A stretch of DNA of 64,000 nt, taken from Histomonas meleagridis 2922-C6/04-290x. Taxonomy: Eukaryota; Protista; Parabasalia. The stretch is taken from the NCBI GenBank assembly GCA_020184695.1, contig JAANOX010000232.1:222093-286092 (forward strand). The letters are read 5' to 3'. The position numbers were made by a program, and so were the translations under genes. Shown here piece by piece: positions 9,001-19,051 of the stretch (positions are counted from its first letter, which is position 1; each line of letters opens with the position of its first letter). The notes below the pieces were generated by a model. It was not told the DNA's origin. It searched no databases and was given only the letters and a program-made list of their open reading frames with translations.

Positions 9001-11269
9001 CGAACAAGATCCATTCGCAAGTGCGTCTAAGCCAACAAAAGATGATCCATTCGCAACTACGCCTAAGCCTTCTAATGATGATCCATTTGCATCAGCAAGC
9101 AAAAAGTCAAATGATCCATTTGCATCTCCTCCCAAAGATGATGGATATACATTTAAAGATCCATTCTCGTCACCGGATGCTCAAGATGATCCATTTGCAC
9201 CTCAGCAAAAGAGCAAAGGTCTGTTTGATGATTCTGATGAATCAAGTGATGACTCTTCAGAACATAATGAATCAAAAGATGATCCATTCGCAAATGTACC
9301 TAAAAGCTCCAACAATGATCCGTTCGCTGCACCAAAAGATGATCCATTTGCTTCTCCAAAAGATGATCCATTTGCAGTTAAAGATGCAGGCAATGATCCG
9401 TTCGCTGCGCCAACAGATGTCAAAGACGATCCATTTGCGCCTAAAGATTCTAAAAACGACCCATTCGCTGCAGGTAATGATCCGTTCTCAAGTGCACCTA
9501 AGAGCTCCACTAATGATCCGTTCGCTGCGCCAGCAGAAGTTAAAGACGATCCATTTGCACCTAAAGATGCAAACAATGATCCGTTCGCTGCACCTAAAGA
9601 AGATCCATTTATGCCTAAGCAAAAGAGCAAAAGTATGTTCGATGACTCTGACGAGTCAAGTGACGACAACAAGGCAAAAGAAGATTCTTCTGCATTGCCA
9701 AAACAAAAGAGCAAAGGCCTCTTCGATGACTCTGATGAATCAAGTGATAATGAGCCAAACAAAGACTTATTCGCATCACCGAAGCAAGAAGATCCGTTCA
9801 CAACGAAAGATCCATTCTCCGCTCAAGGAAAAGAAGATCCATTCGCATCGCCAAAAGATGCAAATAATGATCCATTTGCTGCTAATAACTCTAAAGAAGA
9901 TCCATTTGCATCACCTAAGCAAGAAGATCCATTTGCAATGAAAGATCCCTTTGCTGCTAATAACACTAAAGAAGATCCATTCGCATCGCCTAAAGATGCA
10001 AATAATGATCCATTCGCTGCTAACAACACTAAAGAAGATCCGTTTGCATCACCTAAACAAGAAGATCCGTTCGCAGCGAAAGATCCATTTGCAAATACTG
10101 ATCCGTTTTCAGCGCCTAAAGATGCGAAAGAGGATCCATTTTTGCCGAAGCAGAAGAGCAAAAGTCTCTTCGATGATTCCGATGAGTCAAGTGACGGCGC
10201 AGCACAAAATAAGTCCAAAGGCGGACTTTTCGGCGACGACCCATTTGCTGCGCCTAAGAAAAAGAGCAAAGGCTTGTTTGATGACTCTGATGAATCAAGC
10301 GATGAGCCAGCGCCGCATAACGAAGCAAACAATGATCCGTTCGCATTGCCTAAGCAAGAAGATCCATTTGCCGCAAAGCCACAAAATGATCCATTCGCCC
10401 AGTCCAATGATCCGTTTGCAGCTCCTAAACAAGAAGATCCATTCGCAAAGCCACAAAATGATCCATTCGCTGCACCTAAACAAACTGATCCGTTCGCATC
10501 AAAGCAAGAAGATCCATTTGCAGCTCCTAAACAAGAAGATCCGTTCGCTGCGCCTAAGCAAGATGAGAGCTTGCAGATCTCTAAGGAGGCATCTTCAGAT
10601 CGTTTCTCGTCTGCATCAGGTAAAAAGGCCAAGCGCGTTCGTAAGAAATCGCGGAAGAAGGATGATAAAGGAAAAGCGCCTCGTAAAGCAAGCGAAGAAA
10701 CAGGCGCGCAGCACACAAAGCGCCATGCCAAGAAGGAAGAAAAGAGCGCAGACTCAAAGACAAAACATCGAAAGAAAGAAAAGTCAAAGAAATTGGAAAC
10801 TAAATCAAAGCAAAGTGACAAAGCATCAAAATTACAGCCAGCAACTGAAGATCCATTTTCTTCTAAAACACAACCGGTAAACGAGGATCCATTCTCAGCT
10901 ACAATACAAAACACAAATGAAGACCCATTCGCTTCTAAGCCACAAACTACAAACGATGATCCATTTGCAAACAAAGATCCGTTTTCAACCGCCCAAAACG
11001 AGGATCCGTTTAGTTTCAGGGACCCGTTTTCGGCACCCGAAGTCAAAAATAACGGTTATGGGTTCAGTGACCCGTTTGGGGCACCCAATGAGGGGGACCA
11101 TTCTGCGTATGGAAGTACATTTGATGTTGTAAATCCATTTGATGTTATTGAAGAAGAAGAAAAACAACCACAAGTGGAGCAGCAACAAAATGAACCGGAA
11201 ACACAAGTTGTAAATGAAAAGGAAAAGAAAAAGAAAAAATCTCGAATTTCGAAATCAAAAAAGAAATGA
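6026..11269 (+). CDS. CDC48/p97-like protein: N domain plus degenerate D1 AAA domain fused to an about 1300-aa DPF/NPF-repeat tail
   Basis: Residues 1-403 align by eye with p97 N and D1 (KIQIPKYLRLQLHTFLGD, VLEFKV, TFEDFGGYKDQITQLRKSIELP, ASNGMGKT, IIYFDDID, lid SSLC). There is no D2. The tail has about 78 DPF and 5 NPF motifs by manual count. Confidence 0.85.
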   Translation: MQELVVDRTYDLNDPRAFMHPDTMRERGFENGNILRLTSKSNHNALVSVYGRDNISDPSKIQIPKYLRLQLHTFLGDSIQVSQYNNCGEAESVTLSLIEDTAFGVTGDFTDVLTDAISKFPIIYTGLVIPVYAYQRVLEFKVTEFSPSDAGAVYVRNSRILHVTDYFIDRDDSPKMDTLTFEDFGGYKDQITQLRKSIELPFSQPNFQTKTILIKASNGMGKTMLSKIIPNETPSKFFYIPGLNVISLSQTEISSYITNIIRQSQNSLPSIIYFDDIDCFVSDYLLRPIIDSIFKRLTSTNQMLFIATAKSEDNLPTFNEVISFDNPTEMDRLLILQSITRKMYIPHPSTIYEISDQCQNMKPSQMSSLCLDTFLNKIDQVINEFNILDPVITIRTLQKLKVGKDKPKPEELFNNKFNRSPLALEKNIPFDDDYDLQFGRMDENNKKKHRKKINTTNNSLDLFNEFSNSQNEFVDDIFGDKLHSNETSNDPFSDLQINQDQNHNDIDPFEQFTRSSNKENNNNENNADENDPFKELSKTNDDNDIDPFKQFDLKQTNDEDNSQDIDDPFLNLSPTNNNKSKEETSNNNNEVNDDIFNAFTKKDETQNIDPFANVKFENVNTTNQSNIDPFDNLQLINNSPQQNNVKFDNINTTNQNNDQFTNLQLVNDKDNDPFHSINMKKDASDHSLKFDKDSNPFATVSPNISNKKKENPFDKISNSNKQTAANPFTTFSKQVPENQSKLKDANPFASIQIKGLDKKQSNDPFANATKQTKDDPFATTPKKNAQDPFATTPKQTKDPFANVSKKNTSDPFASAPKPTKDDPFANVSKKSTNDPFANATKQTKDDPFASASKKSTQDPFSSAPKPSNDDPFASVSKKNNDPFESASKKSNDPFAAFNQKKSTNDDPFASASKPPNDDPFAPTDDPFASASKPTKDDPFASASKKSNDPFASASKKSEQDPFATTPKPSNDDPFASASKKSNDPFASASKKSEQDPFASASKPTKDDPFATTPKPSNDDPFASASKKSNDPFASPPKDDGYTFKDPFSSPDAQDDPFAPQQKSKGLFDDSDESSDDSSEHNESKDDPFANVPKSSNNDPFAAPKDDPFASPKDDPFAVKDAGNDPFAAPTDVKDDPFAPKDSKNDPFAAGNDPFSSAPKSSTNDPFAAPAEVKDDPFAPKDANNDPFAAPKEDPFMPKQKSKSMFDDSDESSDDNKAKEDSSALPKQKSKGLFDDSDESSDNEPNKDLFASPKQEDPFTTKDPFSAQGKEDPFASPKDANNDPFAANNSKEDPFASPKQEDPFAMKDPFAANNTKEDPFASPKDANNDPFAANNTKEDPFASPKQEDPFAAKDPFANTDPFSAPKDAKEDPFLPKQKSKSLFDDSDESSDGAAQNKSKGGLFGDDPFAAPKKKSKGLFDDSDESSDEPAPHNEANNDPFALPKQEDPFAAKPQNDPFAQSNDPFAAPKQEDPFAKPQNDPFAAPKQTDPFASKQEDPFAAPKQEDPFAAPKQDESLQISKEASSDRFSSASGKKAKRVRKKSRKKDDKGKAPRKASEETGAQHTKRHAKKEEKSADSKTKHRKKEKSKKLETKSKQSDKASKLQPATEDPFSSKTQPVNEDPFSATIQNTNEDPFASKPQTTNDDPFANKDPFSTAQNEDPFSFRDPFSAPEVKNNGYGFSDPFGAPNEGDHSAYGSTFDVVNPFDVIEEEEKQPQVEQQQNEPETQVVNEKEKKKKKSRISKSKKK
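7490..11140 (+). repeat. Coding low-complexity array of GATCCATT(C/T) (DPF) units with spacers of variable length
   Basis: Repeated GATCCATTCGC/GATCCGTTCGC, plus five FDDSDESSD blocks. Confidence 0.95.
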
Positions 11270-11443
11270 ATAATTTCTAAACATTTGGTATATTAAAAAT
11301 TATTTTGTGAAAGTTATAAAAGTTTTAGAAATAATATTTTGTATACTTTGATTGATTAAAAATATTAAAATTTAATAATAATATTTTTATTTATGTAGTT
11401 TATATACTTATTCAAATATTTATTGCATGTGCAAAAATAAATT

Positions 11444-12557
11444 TTAAATCTTAACGAAGGATTCGTTTTCTTTGAAGTCTTCTGCAAATGGATCTTCTTT
11501 AAGATGTGATATATTCATAGTAAAGTTATTTGAAATGTTATCACAATTATTATGAGTATATTCTTTTTCATTCATACTGTCATCTCTTCGTTTTTTATTT
11601 CGAATACGAAGAAGTATTATAATAACTATTGTAAGAATCACAATAATTATAAAGCCAACACAAATTCCAATAATAATATTAGAAATTTTAGTTTGTCCTT
11701 TATTTGTTTCATTATTATCTTGAATATTTATATAAAATCCTGAATGATATGAAATATATAATGAATATGTAATTATAGTATTTTCATAATAAAGAAAGTT
11801 CGTTTCAAAATATGAATATGTTGAACCAAAATATGAAAGAATGATTGTATTTGTGAAAACAGTATTCGGGATATTTGTTTTGGTGATTAAATGTGTGAAA
11901 AATATTGAATATGAATATGTATATGTTTCATCAAATTTTTTAGAAGATGTAAATGTATTTGAATGTGTGAATGTGTTTGAATTTGTAAATATATTTGAAT
12001 CTGAAAAAGTATTCGAATGTGTAGATGTGTGTGTTTGCCATGGATATTGTTCACATTCATCAATGGCTGTTCCAATTGATATATTAAGTACAAACCAAAT
12101 GTTGTACTTTGATATAAATCTGACGTCATAACATGATTTGTTGGAACATTCTCAAATGAATTCGAATTTATTGATGGTGATATATAACCTAAATAATATA
12201 TACATGTTAGATTTGTGCAATCTCTGAATGCATAAGTTCCAATTGATGTTATATTTGGCCCAATAATAATCATTTTTAATGATGAACATAAGCGAAAAGC
12301 ATTACCACTAATTGATGTAACTGAATCCGTAATAGTGATATTTATTAAAGATGAACATTGATAAAATGTATAACTTTCAATTGATGGACTAAACCTGAAA
12401 TTGTTACATTTCTTAATGATGAACAATATCTAAATGCATAACTTCTAATTGTTGTTACATTATTCCCAAAATTAATTGCTTTTAATTGAGAACATGATTG
12501 GAATGCATAAGTTCCAATTGATTTTCTACATACCATATATGATATTAAAAAATTCAT
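11444..12557 (-). pseudogene. Frameshifted, 5'-truncated BspA-like gene
   Basis: LRR pieces (SIGTYAFQSC, ITDSVTSISGNAFRLC) are split over ORFs 12345-12557 and 11887-12426. The stalk is in another frame, and the TM plus tail HLKEDPFAEDFKENESFVKI is in ORF 11444-11641. Confidence 0.8.
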
Positions 12558-13360
12558 ATTTATAGAATCGTGACATAACGTTTTGCAAAATTATTTATAT
12601 CTTGTGGTTTAGGTTGAACTGATTTCAATATCGAAGAGTTATATTATCAATAATTTGTTAGAAATGGGTACACCATTATTACTTAATGCATAACTTATTT
12701 TATTTGATTTGTTGGGCTGTATCGGAATATAATATTTAAAATTGTTATTTCAACGACGATATGTGTAATATACATAATATTGTGAGTTGTTCAGGATTTA
12801 TTTATGGTTATAACTCAATCAAGATAGTTAAACAAATTTATTTCCAGAATTTCAAATATCTAATATAAGTAAATGTGATAATAATATCATAAATAATTAT
12901 TAGAAGAAAAGATATTTTCATTTTGTCAAAAATGCAATAAGATAAACATATTTATCGCCCGTTCTCTTAAGGCTTAAGAGTGGCTCAGGAAAATAAAAAG
13001 CATTTTTATTAATCTTTTATTTTCGCCTTCCTAGATTTTAACATGTGGTGTGTCAAAAAATAATTCAATATTTTCGTAATTAGTTCGGAATGTATAATCT
13101 TTTGTATAAAATGACAGATTGATAATTTATTATAAATCTATCAAAAAACCATCTAAAGACAATTTTGTTTCGTAAGCTGCATTATAAGCTTTAATTTTAT
13201 CTCAATATTTTATGAATCCCGTGTATGAACATATCGTTATAAAATAAGAAAAATAATTTCAATATTTCAAAAATATATTTAGCTTTTATATTATTAATGT
13301 TTTATTGTTAACAATAAAAAATTATTTATTATATTTTCTCAAGTTTATGATATTGTATAT

Positions 13361-14938
13361 TTAACTGTGCTCACAAAGTGATTTTCTTGATTTTTCTCGA
13401 ATTAAATCCACTATTTCTGTATGACCATTATAAGATGATAACATAAGTGCTGTCCAAAATAATTTAAATAAATTCCAAATATTATTTTGAAATATTAAAT
13501 GTTTAAAATAAATATTAAACAAAACAAATAAATACTTTTAGCATTAATATCAATTCCTTCTTGTTCAAGAAGTAATTTAACTATTTCTGTATAACCATTT
13601 TTTGAAGCATTTGTTAGTGCTAAAAATATTAAAAAAAAAATTTAAAAATTTTTATAAAACAATGAAATATTTTAATAAAAATCTAATGAAATAAGCAAAC
13701 AATCTTGCTAAAATCAATGTATCTATTGTTAATTAAATAGTTATAAAGTTCCATATTTCCAGAAAAACCCGAAAATTTTCAAAAAATCAATAGGAATATG
13801 ATTACTTTCGAGAAAATATTGAGTAATATATAAATTCCCTGTTATGATTGAAGCAATGAGAATATTTTCATTTATTTTCATTCCTTCTTTAAGTAAAAAT
13901 GATAAAAGTTCTTAATTATGATATAAAATGCAAAGTTTTCCTAATTCTTTTAAATTATTAATTTCTTTTAATGTATTATCATAAAAATAATGAAAGATAT
14001 CATTTCGATGAAATTTAATTGCTGCTTCATATACACCTTCAAATGTTAAATGATTTTGTTCACATAAATGAATGATTTCTTCATTTCCACCAGCAATTGC
14101 ATATTTACCTGCGTTTTCTAATTTTGCACCATTCATAAGTAAATATTTAAAACATTTAATAGAAGAAAAAAATGCTGCATAATCAATTAACGTAACATTT
14201 TCTTCATTAATAAATGAACATCTTTCATAAAGTGATGACTCAATCTTTTGATTAAAATCAAAATTTGTTTGTGATGATATTTCTTGAAGTTTTTCGATTT
14301 CATCATTTCGAATTATTTTTGCAATTTTATTCGGATTATGTCCTTCTTTAATTAACTTCTTATGAAGTTCCCAATCATTCTTTGAAAGTTCTTCATAATG
14401 TTCATTAATTTTATCGAAGAACCTATATTTTTCTTGACTTAAAATATCTTTTTTTATTTCATCTTTAAATTTTTGATTATAATTAATCATTTGTTGGATT
14501 TCTTCATTGGTCATATAATGTACAAAATATGAAATCTTATTATGTTTCAACAGAACATTTTTTTGTAGAAAATTATGTTCAATCATTGAGAAGAAAATAT
14601 GTCTCTTGTGTATGTCCATCAAGAAGCAAAAACTTAGTAAACACTTCAAATATTTTGTTTTTAACTTGTTTTGTTTCTTCAAATTGTTCAATTTCTTCTA
14701 GAAATTTAATATATATATCAAAATCTTTTTGTCTTGCTATAAATACAGAAAATATTATTTGACTAATCATTTAATTAAAAGATAATGGATGCTCATCATC
14801 AAATTTTATGATTATTAAACTTGATAATTTTTTAATATTTTCTCGATTCAATTCAAATATTATTTTGTTAATTAGTAGTAGTGTTTCCAATTTATCAGTA
14901 AATTCATCATTTTCATTTGTTGAAATCTCTTTTTCCAT
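13361..14938 (-). pseudogene. DUF3447/ankyrin-repeat protein, disrupted
   Basis: IIRNDEIEKLQ...TLIDYAAFFSSIKCFKYLLMN...AIAGGNEEIIHLC...AIKFHRNDIF is the DUF3447-ankyrin pattern. Downstream ankyrin repeats ASKNGYTEIVKLLLEQEGIDINAK and WTALMLSSYNGHTEIV follow. There are in-frame TAAs (near 14772 and at 13912), a frameshift near 14600 and AT-rich insertions. Confidence 0.75.
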
Positions 14939-15911
14939 CAAAAAAAAATGATTAAAAATTTGAATAAAAATGCACTTTTTGAAAATAGCTATTTTCAGCT
15001 ATTTTTAGTTACGTAACTTTTTGAATGAAATAAATCGTTGGTATGTTTTTGGGCGGTTAGAGACTTCGCTTTCCTGAACGGTTTATATCGTATTTTCGAC
15101 CAAAATCATTTTATTTGTGCAAAAATGAATCAAGAAATTTATTCCCACAAATGGTAATTACAAAATGGAGTTAATTCCATGTATGTATAAATCAATCCAT
15201 AGAATATAAGGAAAAGCAAATAATTTATTATTATGGTCAATCATATCGACAAAATTAAAAATATATAAAATAAAGAAGAAGTAAAAGCAATATATAAAGT
15301 TTCAATAGAATTAACCATGATCAAATCAATTTCATGAAATTAAAAATAGCTAAAGATCTTTAGCTAAGAAAAAAACATTAATCAAATCAACAAATTTTCT
15401 ATCATTAGAAATGGAATGTATGCAAGAAATGGAACACTACGGAAATTTGGAAAATATCTTCTTCTTTTATTGAGATATGTAAGTTAAATATAAAAAATGT
15501 CAATAACGTACTATACACCGATCGAAATGAAAACGCCAGTTCACGAGAAACCAGAACAGGCTACAAATAATTTTGCCCCACAGATCTCTTAGCAAATTAA
15601 ACATATGTATAATGCTCACCACTAAGGCTATAAATTTATGGCCATATCACAATTACATAATATAGCCACCAGGGTACCCCAAAAATTTTTTGACAAGCTG
15701 TATTTTAAACGCAATTATTTATCAAAATCAATATAAATAAAGGATCTTTTCTTAAAAAGGATCATCCCTAATGAGTTAACTTTATGTAAATTAATGTGTA
15801 TATTAAAATGACGTTCGTAAAAGTTATAAATAACAAGATACTCTATGTTTTGCCCATCTGAACATTTTGGTGGCACTTTTATGAATTTTCAATTGTGTCT
15901 GGAGGTTTCTA

Positions 15912-18314
15912 ATGAAGAGCTCCAAAGGAAACAAATCAAAAAAAGGAACTTATCGAAGATTAGAAATAGCATTTAAGACATTACAGGCACTTGCTGGCCA
16001 AACTGTTGTTCATAGAAAGAAAAGTGAATTTGCCATATCACAATTACATATTTTTTTCAAAAAATTCCAAGAAATCCCAGAAACTAGTTTTTCTAAACAT
16101 CAAAAGAGCGACTTTTCTGAGCAGATGCTTTTACACATACAAGATTTAATAGGTATCTTAAATCAAAATGTTCTTCAAACATGGACATTGCCAACAATTG
16201 AAAACAAGTGCAATTATGTTCTTCAGCTTTTTAAAGAGAAGTTTCAACAAATTCAACAAACCATATCAACATATCTTCCAAATCTTGAACTTGAGCAATA
16301 CATTCAACCAGAATCTGATCAATGGATTCAATATAATATTCTTGATCTCAGAGCTATTTCAGCGTCATTTACTCAGTATCTTAAGATTGGCAAACCTGAT
16401 TCACGTCTAGCTGATCAAATACAATCTCGAATACAATCCATCGAGCAAACTCTTTCTACGTTCGACAGTGATGATACGCAACGTGTCTATTCTCCCATAC
16501 CATTACATTATCAATCATGGAAAGTTGATCTTAAAGATTTCAAATATGATAGTCAAATAGGTCGAGGTGTATCAGCCAAAGTATATAAAGCCATTGACAC
16601 TCGGCCCACCACTCCACCAGAGCATCGTTTTGTAGCCATTAAACAACTTAATCTTGAAAATATGAATACGACCCAATTCCAAAGTTTCCAGCGCGAACTT
16701 GCCGTATTAGCCACAGTAAAACATCCATCCATAATACCATTTGTAGGTGCCACTGATTCACCACCATTTTGTCTGATCACCGAATGGATGCCTAACGGTT
16801 CACTTTATCATGATCTTCATATAAATCATCGACTTGATGCCACAGGTCGAACCATTGCAGCCTATGATATTGCCCGAGCTATGCAATATTTGCATTCTCG
16901 ACATATCTCGCATCGCGATCTTAAATCACTTAATGTCCTTTTAGACTCTAATCTTAAAGTCAAAGTTTGTGATTTTGGTTTTTCACGCTTTAGTGATGAA
17001 ACCCATTTAATGACATCTAATTTAGGGACCATTCATTGGATGGCTCCTGAGTTGTTAATACCTGGAAATATGTATACATCGAAAGTTGATGTTTATGCAT
17101 ATGGTATATTATTATGGGAACTTGTCACGTGTCAAAAGCCATATTTAGGACTTGATACGCATGATATAATATATGAAGTATCTCATAATGATTTACGTCC
17201 GATAATACCGAAAGACTTAAATCCATTATATGCCGATTTAATTATTCGTTGTTGGGATCGAGATCCAGACATTCGCCCCACGTTTGATGAGATTGTTAAA
17301 TTGTTTAGAACGAAACTTATCACTTTAAATGATGCTGATAAAGTTAAAGTTCAAAATCATATTAATAATAGCACAACGTCAATAGAACAAATTATTACCA
17401 AGATTGAAAAAATGGTACAAAAACTTAAAGAGTCGAAAATAACAATAAATGAATTATATGAATATCTTAAAGCGAATGGAATTCCATTAACAATTACTGA
17501 TACATTATTTAATGCTATTGTCGAATTAATACCGAATTATAACATCTCCGAAATTTGTAAATTGTTTTTGTTATTTAAAACAACAAAAATTTCCGAAGTA
17601 TCAAAGATATTACGAACTTTTCCACGGAATTCAATTCCGCATAATATAATAACCGAATTCATTTATGAGTTACCAACTGGTTCCAATGAAACTGATTTAA
17701 ACATATTAATTTCCGCTTGTAAAAATAATTCTTCTGATTTATGTTCATTATACGTCACAAAGCCAGAAGAAAAGGCTTTAGCTTTAGAAATAACTCGATT
17801 AAATAGAATCGACGTAAGAATTCGTGAGCCTTTAATCGATATATGTATAGCAGCAACATTCATCGAGAATAACGTGTTGAGATTAGCGGCATTGAGACTT
17901 TTGTTTGTGATGAACGAACTAAAAAGAATTTCGTTAAATGAGTTGAAAAAGTTTTTCGAAAGTAATAACAAAAATTTGATTTTCCTTTCGTATTTCGTGT
18001 TGGTTGAGATCTCGGATTATAAAGAAATTGATGATGATTTGATTAATAAAGTGTTTGAGTTGTGGGAAATAGATAATAATGCTGCAATTGCTATTATAGC
18101 ATTGTGTAAAAATAAACAAATTGCTCAAAGAGCTATTGGAAAAATTGAAAATAACGCTGAAAACAAATTGTCTGTGTTGGAGTTGAAAATTCTTGTCGCG
18201 GCTTCGTTGCATGAGGAATTAAAAGATAAAATTAAAAATATAATGAAAAATTTGGAATTGGATGAAATGGAAAATCGATTTAAATTGCCAATAACTTATT
18301 TAAAGAATTTGTAA
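15912..18314 (+). CDS. TKL-family protein kinase with N-terminal helical domain and C-terminal helical-repeat region
   Basis: GRGVSAKVY, VAIK, HRDLKSLNVLL, DFG, GTIHWMAPE, KVDVYAYGILLWEL, RCWDRDPDIRPTF. Confidence 0.93.
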   Translation: MKSSKGNKSKKGTYRRLEIAFKTLQALAGQTVVHRKKSEFAISQLHIFFKKFQEIPETSFSKHQKSDFSEQMLLHIQDLIGILNQNVLQTWTLPTIENKCNYVLQLFKEKFQQIQQTISTYLPNLELEQYIQPESDQWIQYNILDLRAISASFTQYLKIGKPDSRLADQIQSRIQSIEQTLSTFDSDDTQRVYSPIPLHYQSWKVDLKDFKYDSQIGRGVSAKVYKAIDTRPTTPPEHRFVAIKQLNLENMNTTQFQSFQRELAVLATVKHPSIIPFVGATDSPPFCLITEWMPNGSLYHDLHINHRLDATGRTIAAYDIARAMQYLHSRHISHRDLKSLNVLLDSNLKVKVCDFGFSRFSDETHLMTSNLGTIHWMAPELLIPGNMYTSKVDVYAYGILLWELVTCQKPYLGLDTHDIIYEVSHNDLRPIIPKDLNPLYADLIIRCWDRDPDIRPTFDEIVKLFRTKLITLNDADKVKVQNHINNSTTSIEQIITKIEKMVQKLKESKITINELYEYLKANGIPLTITDTLFNAIVELIPNYNISEICKLFLLFKTTKISEVSKILRTFPRNSIPHNIITEFIYELPTGSNETDLNILISACKNNSSDLCSLYVTKPEEKALALEITRLNRIDVRIREPLIDICIAATFIENNVLRLAALRLLFVMNELKRISLNELKKFFESNNKNLIFLSYFVLVEISDYKEIDDDLINKVFELWEIDNNAAIAIIALCKNKQIAQRAIGKIENNAENKLSVLELKILVAASLHEELKDKIKNIMKNLELDEMENRFKLPITYLKNL

Positions 18315-19051
18315 AAATTGTTTTATTGAATAAATTAAATGTTTTTAGAAAAATATTTTTTTTCCAAAATTTATGATGTTATTCGAGGGTGGACCCAAAT
18401 GTTTAGTCTGAGGAGGATTAAAATTGAGGTTGAAATTTCAACTTAAAAAAATTGGGAAAATCTGATCAATACAAAAATGTAAATCAAAAATTTCAAGAAT
18501 GTGAAATGCTTCCATAAATCAAGCACATAATCTATTGTATTAACAAAGAAAATATTACTCACTTAATAAATTTAATTTTGATGAAGATTATCCAATTTCC
18601 TTTGATATCTATATACATTGGAAAAATTGTATTTATTTCATTTATGCTAAAAATAAATGATTATAAAGCATGCTTTCTTTTATTAAAAGAAATTGAAAAA
18701 TTATCTCGAATGTTTAACATTTGAGAGAATTTGATAATTTTCTTATAGAATCATTCATTATTAAATATTATTATTCCTCGTGATACCATGTAACCACAAA
18801 AACGCTAGCAATTATATAAGCACAAAAAAAATAATGAAATCATGATGATGAACCTTTAACTTTAAACGGTTTCCATTTTTGAAAGTGATCCGGGGGGCCC
18901 GAACCCTGTTGAAGTTCTATCGTTCAACATTGAAAAAGTAAAGAGGACGTTTAGAAAAACCGAAAATTTTTGTAGGGGTTACAAACATTTTCACAATTTT
19001 TCGCATTGTACTATTTCCCGACGCTTCGGTAAAATTTGCGATTCACAGTGT

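Noticed and set aside
8080-11046. Long antisense and alternate-frame ORFs (ANGS repeats; MIH-rich 543-aa ORF)
   Set aside because: They are by-products of the GATCCATTCGC repeat, which lacks stops in other frames.
14981-15018. Perfect palindromes GAAAATAGCTATTTTC and AGTTACGTAACT (also CTTCTTCGAAGAAG at 30851)
   Set aside because: They are short, AT-rich and not repeated elsewhere, with no transposase or target-site duplication to indicate element ends.
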